Origin: a virus
Taxonomy: Duplodnaviria; Caudoviricetes
IMG/VR virus record: IMGVR_UViG_3300014656_000090
Span: 1 to 31,550 of that record
Direction: 5' to 3' (one strand)
Length of the DNA: 31,550 nucleotides
The stretch's first letter is position 1, and each line of letters starts with the position of its first letter. Position numbers and translations under genes: made by a program. The notes beneath the pieces were generated by a model. It worked only from the letters and a program-made list of their open reading frames with translations. It made no database searches and was not told where the DNA came from. Shown here piece after piece: positions 7,439 through 16,903 of the stretch.

Positions 7439-9343
7439 ATGGCACCTAATTTAACCAAATGGTTCAAAGGGCTTAACTTTAAGCTGGGTGGGGCGGCCAT
7501 ATCCGTTATGGATATACCGCCAAGCTGGAATTACCAGCAATACCTTAAAGCCTACGGTGATGTTGGGTGGTTGTTTGGGGCCAATAGCCTTATAAGCGAG
7601 GCTGTGGCCGATGTGAAATGGCATCTTTACGAGAAGGACGGCTCACAACTTGGCGACGAGGTGGACAACCACCCGTTGCTGGATATGTGGGCCTATGTTA
7701 ACCCGTTCCAAACCAAGTATCAGTTTATACAGCTAACGCAAATGTATTTGGGCCTGGTGGGTGAGGCATTTTGGGTGCTGAACTTTAACAAGCTGGGTGT
7801 GCCAGCCGAAATGTGGCTGGCCCCGCCGCAATACATGTATATCATACCCAGCCAGGAAACCTACATTAGCCATTACGAATACAGGCGTAATTTCGGGCGG
7901 TTGCGGTTAGAGGTTCCCGAAGTGATACATATAATGAGCCCTAACCCAGCTAACAGTTACCGTGGCCTGGGGCCCGCCCAAAGTATTAGCCTTGACCTGG
8001 ACAGTGAACGCTACGCCGCCCGCTACCAGCAACGGTTGTTCTACAATGATGCTACGCCAGGCATGATTATTGAATACCCCGATATACCCGAGAAGTCCGA
8101 GAGGGACAAGATACGCATGGAGTGGGACGAGATACACCGAGGCTGGCGTAACGCCCGCAAAACGGGCTTCCTGTGGGGCGGTGCCAAAGCCAACACCCTA
8201 GCCCTAACCAATAGGGACATGGAGTTTTGGCGGCTACGCAAAATTAACCGTGAAACTATTATAGGGGCCTACAGGCTACCCACCAGCATGATGGGCCTTG
8301 AGGGCCCAGGTAGCCGTGCCAGGGTGGAAGCTGACGAATACATATTTGCCAAATACACGGTTAAGCCCGCCCTAACCCGTATTAAGGAAGCGATTAACGA
8401 ACAGCTTGTGCCGCTGTTTGACGCCGGCTGGCAATTTAGCTTTGAAAACCCCGTGCCCGAAAACAGGGTGGAGATTGTTGACGAGGTTAGCAAGCTGGTG
8501 CCTGTGGGTATAATAACCAGGGAGGAGGCACGGGTTAAGCTGGGTTACGATGCCCAGGCGGCAAAAGGTGAAACCTACTTAACACCCATGACGCTTATGC
8601 CCGAAAAGGTGAAGCGTCATGAAAGCCTGGTTAACAGGCAGTTTAGCGAGGAACAAAAAGAGGTGCGGTGGCGGCTATATGCCAACAAGGCCGACCAGGA
8701 CGAGTTACAGTGCAAACGGCTGTTTAAGCGGCTGTGGTTTGAGCAGATGGACGAGGTTGCGGAAGCCTGGAAGCTGGTGCCACAACTTGACCAGGCTTTC
8801 AACGAGGAAGGTGCGAAGGTTACCTGGGACACCCACTTTAACCCTTTTATTGCCCACGTATTTGAGGAAGCCTACGACCTGGCTACTACAGGCGGGGCCT
8901 TAAGCCCCGTGCATACGGGCAAACAGGAGGGTGTGCTTGACCCGCAAGCCCTTGAGTGGATAGCATACCGTTCCTTAAACCTGGCCAAAATGGTTAACGG
9001 CACAACTTACGAGGAATTACGGGCGGCCCTTGCGATAGGCTTTGAGGAGGGCGAGAGCACCCAGCAACTAACCCGACGCATACGTGAGTATTACCAGGGC
9101 GGTTACGAAAGGCGGGCGACACTCGTAGCCCGCACGGAGGTTATTGCCGCCAGCAACGAGGGTGCTTTGCGGGGCTACGAAAGCGAAGGTTTGAACAAGG
9201 CCGAGTTCTATGCCGCCCTTGATGAACGCACGTGTGATGAGTGTATGGCTTACCACGGCGATGTGAGGCCCATAGACGAAGCACGTGGACTAATACCAGT
9301 GCACCCGCAATGCCGATGCACCTGGGTGCCCGTGATGGAATAA
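7439..9343 (+). CDS. HK97-family portal protein fused to a Mu gpF-like minor head domain
   Basis: Portal motifs (HPLLD, VGEAFW, EVIHI, GLGP, FYNDATPG, ITREEARVKLG) followed by MuF motifs RATLVARTEVIAASN...DERTCDEC...IPVHPQCRC. Confidence 0.92.
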   Translation: MAPNLTKWFKGLNFKLGGAAISVMDIPPSWNYQQYLKAYGDVGWLFGANSLISEAVADVKWHLYEKDGSQLGDEVDNHPLLDMWAYVNPFQTKYQFIQLTQMYLGLVGEAFWVLNFNKLGVPAEMWLAPPQYMYIIPSQETYISHYEYRRNFGRLRLEVPEVIHIMSPNPANSYRGLGPAQSISLDLDSERYAARYQQRLFYNDATPGMIIEYPDIPEKSERDKIRMEWDEIHRGWRNARKTGFLWGGAKANTLALTNRDMEFWRLRKINRETIIGAYRLPTSMMGLEGPGSRARVEADEYIFAKYTVKPALTRIKEAINEQLVPLFDAGWQFSFENPVPENRVEIVDEVSKLVPVGIITREEARVKLGYDAQAAKGETYLTPMTLMPEKVKRHESLVNRQFSEEQKEVRWRLYANKADQDELQCKRLFKRLWFEQMDEVAEAWKLVPQLDQAFNEEGAKVTWDTHFNPFIAHVFEEAYDLATTGGALSPVHTGKQEGVLDPQALEWIAYRSLNLAKMVNGTTYEELRAALAIGFEEGESTQQLTRRIREYYQGGYERRATLVARTEVIAASNEGALRGYESEGLNKAEFYAALDERTCDECMAYHGDVRPIDEARGLIPVHPQCRCTWVPVME

Positions 9344-9353
9344 GGAGGCTATT

Positions 9354-10973
9354 ATGCCAAACGAGACAGTTACGCAAGAGAAGACCATTTACAAAACTTT
9401 CCGTGCCGAGATAAAGGAGATTGATGCCCAGGCGGGCATAATCAACATGGTAATACCCATGAGCACGGGTGCGGAGGACAGGGACGAGGAGGTTATTGAG
9501 CCCGCCGCCTTTAAGAAGTGGCTCAAGGAGTTTATGAAGCGGCCTATACTACTGTCCAGCCACATGTATGGCGACCTCCGCAAACAGATAGGCGAGTTTA
9601 AGGGCCTTAAGGTAACCGACGAGGGGCTTATGGCCCAGGGGCTTGAATACTACATTGGCCGTGGCAACGACGAGGCCGATTGGGGCTTCTACCTGGCCAG
9701 CCGTGGTATGGCGGCTTTCAGTGTGGGCTTTATACCCAAGAAGTGGGAACCCATTGACGAGGAAAAAGACGAGGGCTTTTTCGGCGGCAACCGCCGCTAC
9801 ACCGAGGTGGAACTGTTAGAGGTTAGCCAGGTGGTGGTGCCCAGCAACCGTGAGGCGATACAGGGTATGCGTGGCAAGGCCCAGGGCGACCCTGTGGCCG
9901 TGGCTTTGCTGGACGAGGTGGACAAGGGCCTGGCCGATGGCACGGTTACCAAGCCCGAGGAAACGGAGGACTACATACGCATACCCGTTAAAGAGGAGGA
10001 GGGCAAGCACGACGACCACCGCATACGAACTATAACAGTTAGCGACGAGAAGGGTATTAAGGCCCTTTATTGCGGCGAGTGCAAGGTCATTGTTACTTAT
10101 CTGTTCAGTAAGGACGATGAATACGGCTGGACAATGGCCAGTGCCCAGGAGTGGGTTGATGACCACGCCAAAAGCTACGAACTGGTGGACGTTACCGCCG
10201 AGGGCGATACCGAACCACAGTTTGCGATACATGCCCTACTCCCTGGGCTGGCTGAAACTAAAGGGGCTATACCCTATAAAAAGACACCGCTAGACGAAAC
10301 AGGCGAGTGGGATGCTGGCAAAGAGATAAGGGCCGCCGAGGTTGACGACCTTAAAATAATGTGCACCTGGGTAGGCGATGACCCCGAGGTAAAGGGTAGT
10401 TATAAACTACCGCACCATAGGGCTGGCGGCGACCATACTTGCGTGTGGCGGGCCGTGGCGGCCTGTGCGGCTGTCTTAATGGGTGCCCGTGGCGGGGCCG
10501 ATATACCCGAGGGCGACGTTGCGGCGGTTAAGGCCCATATAGCCAAGCACTATGCTGACTTTGACAAGGGCGACCCGCCCTGGGCAAAAGCGGTTACACA
10601 GGAACAGTTACAGGACGAGATTGACTACGTGCATAAGGGCATTATGCACGTGGGCATGAATGAGGACACCGAGATTGTGGCCCTTGATATGGCCAGCGAA
10701 ATTATTATGCGGGCAACGGGTTCCGACATACCCGATGATATATTAACCAAAGTGGGTGCCGTGCTTAATGCCAAAAACAAGGACAGGCTGAACCAAATTA
10801 AGCGGTTGGCCCAGGAAGTTCTGGACAGTGCGGGCACCGACGAGGAGGACGGCAAAAAGGTAGAGCCAACACGGCCTAACCCCGCCGAACAGGCAAGACA
10901 GCGGGCTCAGGACGTGGCAGAGGTAGCCAGCCTGGTTGTTGCCCAACTCAAAGGCAAAAGAATACCGAAATAA
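9354..10973 (+). CDS. HK97-type prohead protease with long C-terminal extension
   Basis: DRDEEVI, PILLSSH, AFSVGF and ELLEVSQVVVPSNREA motifs, followed by about 350 aa of extra domains. Confidence 0.9.
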   Translation: MPNETVTQEKTIYKTFRAEIKEIDAQAGIINMVIPMSTGAEDRDEEVIEPAAFKKWLKEFMKRPILLSSHMYGDLRKQIGEFKGLKVTDEGLMAQGLEYYIGRGNDEADWGFYLASRGMAAFSVGFIPKKWEPIDEEKDEGFFGGNRRYTEVELLEVSQVVVPSNREAIQGMRGKAQGDPVAVALLDEVDKGLADGTVTKPEETEDYIRIPVKEEEGKHDDHRIRTITVSDEKGIKALYCGECKVIVTYLFSKDDEYGWTMASAQEWVDDHAKSYELVDVTAEGDTEPQFAIHALLPGLAETKGAIPYKKTPLDETGEWDAGKEIRAAEVDDLKIMCTWVGDDPEVKGSYKLPHHRAGGDHTCVWRAVAACAAVLMGARGGADIPEGDVAAVKAHIAKHYADFDKGDPPWAKAVTQEQLQDEIDYVHKGIMHVGMNEDTEIVALDMASEIIMRATGSDIPDDILTKVGAVLNAKNKDRLNQIKRLAQEVLDSAGTDEEDGKKVEPTRPNPAEQARQRAQDVAEVASLVVAQLKGKRIPK

Positions 10974-10987
10974 ACGGAGGAAAAACG

Positions 10988-12244
10988 ATGCCATTAACAA
11001 AAGAGGAAAAACAGGAAATAGCGGAAACCGTGGCCGTGGCCCTTAAGGAAAGTGGGGCCCTGGACGCTACCCGCAAGTTTACCCCTGGTGACCCACCCGA
11101 GCACAGTGGGAAGGGCGACCCCGAAGTTGAGATTATTTCAAGCCCCGAGGACAGGATAATTCTTGACCCAAAGGGCACGTTTGAAGACTTCGGTGAGTTT
11201 GCCGCCGCTGTAGCGGGTAAAGGTGCCAAGTGGTATGGAACCCAACACCTGGATAAGCTAAAGGCTTATAACAATGCGGTAATCAAGACCACTGGCCACA
11301 TGGAGGAAGGCGACATGGCCCAGGGCGGTTACCTGGTGCCCGTGGAGTTTCGGGCCGAACTGCTACAAACCAAGCTGGAAATGACCGTCGTCGGCAACCG
11401 TGCAACCAGGATACCTATGCAGACGAACCGCATTACCATACCCGCTATCGTTGATAGCAACCACAGCACCAACTACTTTGGCGGGATTATACCTTACCGC
11501 ACGGGTGAAGCGGCACAGAAAACCGCCAGCAAACCAGCCCTGGGTCAAGTGGCCTTAACTCTCCACAAGCTAACGGGCCTGGTTTACATGACCGATGAAC
11601 TGCTGGAAGACAGCCCTATCTCCGTTGTGCCCGTCCTCAACACCCTTTTTGCCACGGCAATAGCGTTTGAGGAGGACGACGATTACCTGATGGGCACAGG
11701 TGTGGGCCGCCCGCTGGGTGCGTTCAACGCTGGTAACCCCAGCCTGATAGCCCAGGCGATTGAGGTGGGCCAGCCCGCCGCCACCATCGTGTGGCAGAAC
11801 ATAGCCAAAATGTGGAGTCGTTTACACCCGTCCAGCATGCGTAACGCCATTTGGGTAGCCAACAATGAGTGCTTCCCTCAACTGGCAACCATGTCTATGG
11901 CCGTGGGCACTGGCGGCGTTCCCGTATGGCTACCAGCCAATGGTGCGGCAAATACCCCATTCGGCACATTGATGGGCCGACCCCTTATGCTGTGCGAGAA
12001 GATGCAAGCCCTGGGGACACAGGGCGACATCGGCCTGGCAGACTTTAGCCAATACCTGGTAGCCGAGAAGGCGGGTGGAGGGCTAAAGACGGCCACCAGC
12101 ATACACCTCCGCTTTGACTACGACGAGACGTGCTTCCGCTGGGTGCTACGCTACGACGGGCAACCGTGGTGGTTAAGCGACCTGACCCCGAAACGGGGCA
12201 CGGCAACCTTGAGCCCGTTTGTAGTCCTGGCCGTCCGAGCATAA
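10988..12244 (+). CDS. Major capsid protein, HK97 fold
   Basis: GGYLVPVEF, ELLEDS, GTGVGRPLG, TLMGRP, DFSQY and FDYDETCFRWVLRYDGQP motifs, directly after the protease. Confidence 0.95.
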   Translation: MPLTKEEKQEIAETVAVALKESGALDATRKFTPGDPPEHSGKGDPEVEIISSPEDRIILDPKGTFEDFGEFAAAVAGKGAKWYGTQHLDKLKAYNNAVIKTTGHMEEGDMAQGGYLVPVEFRAELLQTKLEMTVVGNRATRIPMQTNRITIPAIVDSNHSTNYFGGIIPYRTGEAAQKTASKPALGQVALTLHKLTGLVYMTDELLEDSPISVVPVLNTLFATAIAFEEDDDYLMGTGVGRPLGAFNAGNPSLIAQAIEVGQPAATIVWQNIAKMWSRLHPSSMRNAIWVANNECFPQLATMSMAVGTGGVPVWLPANGAANTPFGTLMGRPLMLCEKMQALGTQGDIGLADFSQYLVAEKAGGGLKTATSIHLRFDYDETCFRWVLRYDGQPWWLSDLTPKRGTATLSPFVVLAVRA

Positions 12245-12295
12245 GCCGACCTGGGGCCCTACGTGCCCACAAAATAAAATAAGGGAGGCAGTAAA

Positions 12296-12790
12296 GTGCC
12301 ACACGCAAGATTTTCACAGACCCACGCCATCATCTACGAAACCATCATTGTGGCTGATAACTACAATGCTGGTATGAGTATGGACAGCATTAACATGGCC
12401 AAGTATGACCATGTAGCCCTAATCCTGGTGGGCGATGTTGCCTGTGCAGGTGCTGGCATTGTAACCATCATGGCGGGTGCCACCAACGGGGTTGAAACGG
12501 CGGCCATCACGTTCAGTTACCGATATACCCTCACTGACGTGGCTTCCACCACCTCTGACGTGCTGAGTGCCCCTGTGGCGGCGGCCACGTGCACCCTGAC
12601 CGAGGCATACATACGTAGCGGTATGTATGTTTTTGAATGGGACGCACAGGACATGCTGGTTGCTGGGGTTCACTACCAGTGGGCCACACCAGTGCTTGAT
12701 GCCAGCGGCACGGCGGGCATAGTAACGGCTATCGCCATCGGGCATTGGCCACGCTATGCACAGAACGTAATGCCGTCCGCCATCGTGTAG
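12296..12790 (+). CDS. Putative head decoration/cement protein
   Basis: GTG after a GGGAGG SD, follows the capsid gene, beta-rich (DSINMAKYDHV...PRY). Confidence 0.7.
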   Translation: MPHARFSQTHAIIYETIIVADNYNAGMSMDSINMAKYDHVALILVGDVACAGAGIVTIMAGATNGVETAAITFSYRYTLTDVASTTSDVLSAPVAAATCTLTEAYIRSGMYVFEWDAQDMLVAGVHYQWATPVLDASGTAGIVTAIAIGHWPRYAQNVMPSAIV

Positions 12791-12797
12791 GTGAGGC

Positions 12798-12950
12798 ATG
12801 GTTAAGGAAGGTAGCGACAAAAAGAAAACCAAGCGGCGGGTTAGGGTGGTGGATAGTGATGCTGTCCACAGGGCCCTGGCCCGCCCAGGGCGGGACAAGA
12901 TGGTTAAGGGCCCGCCCACTTTCAAATCGCCTGACCGTAGCGGAACGTAA
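12798..12950 (+). CDS. Small basic head-region protein, 50 aa
   Basis: Not in the ORF track. ATG follows GGTGAGG. Reads MVKEGSDKKKTKRR...ALARPGRDKMVKGPPTFK, a basic P..DKMVK-type peptide of the kind seen after capsid genes. Confidence 0.55.
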   Translation: MVKEGSDKKKTKRRVRVVDSDAVHRALARPGRDKMVKGPPTFKSPDRSGT

Positions 12951-12994
12951 GACCGCACGGAGTATTTACTAAATAAAGCAAGGAGGCAAAAACA

Positions 12995-13477
12995 ATGGCG
13001 AACTTTGACGAGGGGAAAGCCCTACGAAAACTCCTGATGGGCATTAAGGTAGAACGGGCCGCCCAGGCAATAGCCATTACGGCTACCCCTGGGCTTCCGA
13101 TGTTTACCATAGCTGGCGGGCTTGTCCTGGTGACAGGCTTGCTAGGCGTATGCACCACAACCCACGGCGGTGTGGCTAATACCATGTCGTTTGAGTTGAA
13201 CCCAACGGCGGCCACTGGTGCCAATAGTGCCATTACGGCTACAACCGACCTGGGCACCGCTTCTGTAGTCGGTGATGTGGCGGTGGTAGTCGGTGCACCC
13301 GCAACTGGCCCGCTGGGTGGGCACGTTGAGGTAAACGTGCTGGGTTCCACCAGCGGCAAGGGTATCGTAATGAACAATGGCGTTATCGGCCTGGTGGCCA
13401 CGGCGGCCAACGGTGCGTGGCGGTGGATACTGTTCTATGTGCCGATTGACGACGGTGCCTTTATCGTTACGGCCTAA
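12995..13477 (+). CDS. Putative virion decoration protein (paralog of 14269-14721)
   Basis: AAGGAGG SD. Ala/Gly/Thr-rich beta protein sharing FTIA.G..LVT...G and GA.RW...Y motifs with 14269-14721. Confidence 0.75.
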   Translation: MANFDEGKALRKLLMGIKVERAAQAIAITATPGLPMFTIAGGLVLVTGLLGVCTTTHGGVANTMSFELNPTAATGANSAITATTDLGTASVVGDVAVVVGAPATGPLGGHVEVNVLGSTSGKGIVMNNGVIGLVATAANGAWRWILFYVPIDDGAFIVTA

Positions 13478-13558
13478 ACATGGATAACTTTTGCTAAAGG
13501 GTGGGCGGGGCCGTTCAAGCGGAGTAACCCCGCCCGCCCACACATTGGAGGTGGCCAC

Positions 13559-14164
13559 ATGGATATTAACAGTAAGAACATAGCTTTACACGTAGACGAT
13601 GATAACGTTGCCCTGTTTGACCGAAGCAAGGACAAAACGGGTGCGGGCCTTATTGCCTGGTTCAAAAGACATAAGGTTCAATTCGGAGGGAGTGACGCTA
13701 CGGTAGATGTGGATTTAGACGTAGTTGGCCCCAACGGTTCAATTAAGTATGATGCGGGCGAGGGCTTTTTAAGATTAACCACGTTGCCCTTAATTTTAAG
13801 CGGCCTGTCGTTCCCGTTAACAACGGTAACGGCCAAGACCTCCGCCGCTGGCTATACCCTGACCGCCGCTGAGGTGGTGGGCGGGTATGTGATTGATGCC
13901 ACCAACACAGGGGCTATCGCACCTGTTATGCCAACGGTGGCGGCTGTGGTGGCCCTCATACCAGGCTGGGTGGCGGGCACGTCTTTCTTGTTTACCTACG
14001 TTAACACGGGAAACCAAACAGTTACGCTTACCACCGATGCCAGCACGCAATGGACAATGACGGGAACCATGACAGCATTGACCACAACAACCAGAATATA
14101 CCTGTGCCGTATATTAACCGCCGCCACGGGCGTGGTTTACGGTATCGGCACGTTTGCTAATTAA
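13559..14164 (+). CDS. Putative head fibre/decoration protein
   Basis: GGAGGT SD. Thr/Ala-rich C-terminal domain (TLTAAEVVGG...MPTVAAVVA...GTSF), located in the head module. Confidence 0.7.
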   Translation: MDINSKNIALHVDDDNVALFDRSKDKTGAGLIAWFKRHKVQFGGSDATVDVDLDVVGPNGSIKYDAGEGFLRLTTLPLILSGLSFPLTTVTAKTSAAGYTLTAAEVVGGYVIDATNTGAIAPVMPTVAAVVALIPGWVAGTSFLFTYVNTGNQTVTLTTDASTQWTMTGTMTALTTTTRIYLCRILTAATGVVYGIGTFAN

Positions 14165-14166
14165 GT

Positions 14167-14236
14167 GTAATGCTCGTCCGTAAGGGCGGGGCGTTACCTC
14201 CTTAAGGTGGGCGGTTCCATGACGGGGTCGCCCACC
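14167..14236 (+). ncRNA. Structured intergenic RNA element with exposed anti-SD (hairpin, CCTCCTTA, hairpin)
   Basis: GTAA-tetraloop hairpin about 14168-14196, ACCTCCTTA 14196-14204, and hairpin GGTGGGCG...CGCCCACC 14206-14236. Confidence 0.45.
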
Positions 14237-14268
14237 ACAGGAAATACCATACCCCACAGGAGGCTACA

Positions 14269-14721
14269 ATGACAGTAATGCACGCTAAAGGCTTTGAGGA
14301 AACTCTGGAAAAAACGGACGGAACCGTGCCCAACGGCGACGACAACCTGTTTACTATTGCCAACGGGCCCATTCTCGTTACGCATTTCTATGGGCTTGTA
14401 AGCACTGTAATAGGGGCGAACGTTTGCACTTGCACGATACAGCATGCTTGCACCGCCCCCGCCGCCGATATAGCATTATCTACGGCGGTGGCGATTGAAA
14501 ATGATGCCGTTGGGACTACCTATTACATAAGCAATGCGGCCCTGGGTGTATTCACTCCCATAACGGCTGGTTCCGTTATTATTCCCGCTTTAATGTTGCC
14601 GTGGTTGCTTACACCAGGCACATTACAGGCCACCTTTAGTGCCGCCAATACTGGTGCTATTAGGTGGTTCATCGTTTATAAGATGCTCTCACAGCACAGT
14701 AGGGTGGAGGCGGCGGCATAA
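14269..14721 (+). CDS. Putative virion decoration protein (paralog of 12995-13477)
   Basis: CAGGAGG SD. Shares motifs with 12995-13477. Confidence 0.75.
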   Translation: MTVMHAKGFEETLEKTDGTVPNGDDNLFTIANGPILVTHFYGLVSTVIGANVCTCTIQHACTAPAADIALSTAVAIENDAVGTTYYISNAALGVFTPITAGSVIIPALMLPWLLTPGTLQATFSAANTGAIRWFIVYKMLSQHSRVEAAA

Positions 14722-14891
14722 TGGCGGCGTTTGACGAAATGAAAGCCTGGATTAAGGAAGCCAAAGAAATAAACCCCGAACCGCTTACCGATTGCCCTGA
14801 GTGCGGGTGGAGTTTAAGTAAGAATGAGGACGGCCAGCTACATTGCCCGTTTTGCGGGTGGCCTAACATGCAAGAAGGAGTGCCAGTATGA
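14721..14891 (+). CDS. Small zinc-ribbon protein, 56 aa
   Basis: Not in the ORF track. TAATG and ATGA overlaps on the two sides. DCPECGW...HCPFCGW motif. Confidence 0.75.
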   Translation: MAAFDEMKAWIKEAKEINPEPLTDCPECGWSLSKNEDGQLHCPFCGWPNMQEGVPV

Positions 14892-15709
14892 ACGCCTATG
14901 CTGATGTAACCACCTTTAAGAGTAGCGAGTTTGCCGACCTTACAGTGAATACCGAACAAGTGCGGTTCCGCCGTTTACTGGAAGCGGCCAGCCGCTACCT
15001 GGACAAACGGTGTGAACGTTTTTTTTATTGCTGGGAAGGCATTAGATATTACGATGGGGCCACCAGGTTAATGGACATTGACGACATATTGGGCATAACC
15101 ACGCTTAAGCTGGACGAGGACGGCGACGGCATTTACGAAAGCACGATGGCCATTACCGATTATGTGCTATACCCGCTTAATCGCTACCCCAAAAGCTGGA
15201 TTGAGATTGGCAATAACGGTGACTATGGTTCTTTTGCCAGTGGCACCAAGAAGGGCGTGGAGATAACGGGCGTATTCGGCTACGGCGACGGCTACAACGC
15301 TACGCCTTACGTAACCACGGGCCAAACGGTGCAGAATAACCCGCTGGCCATAGGCGATACAACCTTAACCGTTACCGCTACAGCCGCCTGGGGTGCGGGC
15401 ATGACGTTACGCATTGAAAGCGAACAGGTTTATATTAAGACTGTTACCGATGGCACCAACGTTGTGATAAGGCGGGGAGTTAACGGCACCACGGCGGCGG
15501 CCCATATACTTAACACGCCGATTTACAGCTACGAATACCCGCAAATGATATGGCAAGCTACGCTGATGCTGGCCATGCGGGCATGGAAACGTAAGGATAG
15601 TGCTTTCCAGGACGTGGTGGGTAGCCCCGAAACTGGCATGCTGATCGTTTACAAGGACGAAGACCCCGACGTGGCCAAGATAATTGACCGCTACAGGCGG
15701 AGGGTGTAA
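14888..15709 (+). CDS. Head-tail connector (adaptor) with inserted beta domain
   Basis: N-terminal YAD...F...LLEAASRYLDKRCERFF and C-terminal PQMIWQATLMLAMRAWKRKD...DPDVAKIIDRYRR, typical of gp6/gp15-like adaptors. Confidence 0.8.
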   Translation: MNAYADVTTFKSSEFADLTVNTEQVRFRRLLEAASRYLDKRCERFFYCWEGIRYYDGATRLMDIDDILGITTLKLDEDGDGIYESTMAITDYVLYPLNRYPKSWIEIGNNGDYGSFASGTKKGVEITGVFGYGDGYNATPYVTTGQTVQNNPLAIGDTTLTVTATAAWGAGMTLRIESEQVYIKTVTDGTNVVIRRGVNGTTAAAHILNTPIYSYEYPQMIWQATLMLAMRAWKRKDSAFQDVVGSPETGMLIVYKDEDPDVAKIIDRYRRRV

Positions 15710-16116
15710 TGGCGGGGTTAGCGGTGCTGGCCACCATAATTAAGGGCGTGAGCCTGTTTAAGAACCTACAGGACGGAGATAACGTAAAGAAGCCCGCCGA
15801 GGACGGCGTGCACAATATAGCCTTGCGGCTTGAAGGTGAAGCCAAAAAGGCTACCGTGGTTGATACGGGACGGTTACGGGCCAGCATGACACACCGCTTC
15901 CTGGGCATGGGTGCCGAGGTAGGCACCAACGTGCAGTATGCCAGCTTTGTGGAATATGGCACCAAGAATATGGAGAGCCGCCACATGGAAGGTGGCCGCA
16001 AGATGTTTGGCCTGGGCATGCTGGGTTATGCGGTGAAGGTCATTAAAACTTGGGCCGCCAAAGAGGGTGACGATATAGCCAAAAAGATAGCGGAGAGTAT
16101 TTGCCGTGGGGATTGA
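15709..16116 (+). CDS. HK97 gp10-like tail completion/neck protein
   Basis: AKKATVVDTGRLRAS...VGTNVQYASFVEYGT motif. Confidence 0.88.
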   Translation: MAGLAVLATIIKGVSLFKNLQDGDNVKKPAEDGVHNIALRLEGEAKKATVVDTGRLRASMTHRFLGMGAEVGTNVQYASFVEYGTKNMESRHMEGGRKMFGLGMLGYAVKVIKTWAAKEGDDIAKKIAESICRGD

Positions 16117-16510
16117 AGCGATAGGCGACGGGATTAAAACCAGGCTTGACACCATAGCGGGGCTACGGGTTTACGCCCCAAAGCAATTAGAGGATAAGCT
16201 GGAACTCCCGTGTGCCCTGGTGCTTTTGGGGCCCAGCAGTTATGCCACGACTTATGACCCCGATTACGATTGCGTGTTCCGTATTGTGGTGTGCCTGGCT
16301 AAACAGGATACGCCAAGTGCGTTTAACAACATGTTGGATTACATAGAACCCGCTGGGGCCAAGAGCATATTTGCCGCCGTTAATGGCGACAATACACTTA
16401 ACGGTTCCTGTTCAGCAAGCAAGCTGGCCCGCAACCTGGGCATAGGTAACACCGTGTGGGGCGGCATAGTGTATTTATCAACCGAGTTTGAACTTCAAGT
16501 TTGGAGTTAA
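16106..16510 (+). CDS. Tail terminator-like protein
   Basis: Lies between the gp10-like gene and the tail tube. IGDGIKTRLDTIAGLRVY...LPCALV...DNTLNG pattern. Confidence 0.7.
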   Translation: MGIEAIGDGIKTRLDTIAGLRVYAPKQLEDKLELPCALVLLGPSSYATTYDPDYDCVFRIVVCLAKQDTPSAFNNMLDYIEPAGAKSIFAAVNGDNTLNGSCSASKLARNLGIGNTVWGGIVYLSTEFELQVWS

Positions 16511-16522
16511 AGGAGGCACATT

Positions 16523-16891
16523 ATGGCAAGGGTAGCTGGTTACGGTGGTGATGTTTTGGCCCCTGGGGCGATTGTAGGCATAAGGGAATGGAGTATTGAC
16601 TATGCCGCCGCCGCCCTGGACAGTTCGGGCTTTGACGGCAACCAGGATAAGACGTTTATTGCGGGCATGAAAGAATGGAGTGGTAGCTTTAGCGGCTTCA
16701 AGGACGGGGCACCCCTGGGTATTGGCACCGTTATCGCCTTTGAGTTTCAGGAAAGCGGTGTGGCCACGCAAAAGTGGGTGGGTAATGGGATCATTACCAA
16801 TATACGCCCGTCCAGTTCCGTTGACGGCATCGTGCAATACGCCTACGACTTCCAGGGCACGGGTGCATTAGGGACTATACCCACTACGTAA
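16523..16891 (+). CDS. Tail tube (major tail) protein, minimal form
   Basis: Strong AAAGGAGG SD. IREWSIDY...DSSGFD...FIAGMKEWSGSFSG...YDFQGTGAL tail-tube motifs. Confidence 0.85.
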   Translation: MARVAGYGGDVLAPGAIVGIREWSIDYAAAALDSSGFDGNQDKTFIAGMKEWSGSFSGFKDGAPLGIGTVIAFEFQESGVATQKWVGNGIITNIRPSSSVDGIVQYAYDFQGTGALGTIPTT

Positions 16892-16903
16892 AGGAGGCAT
16901 ACT

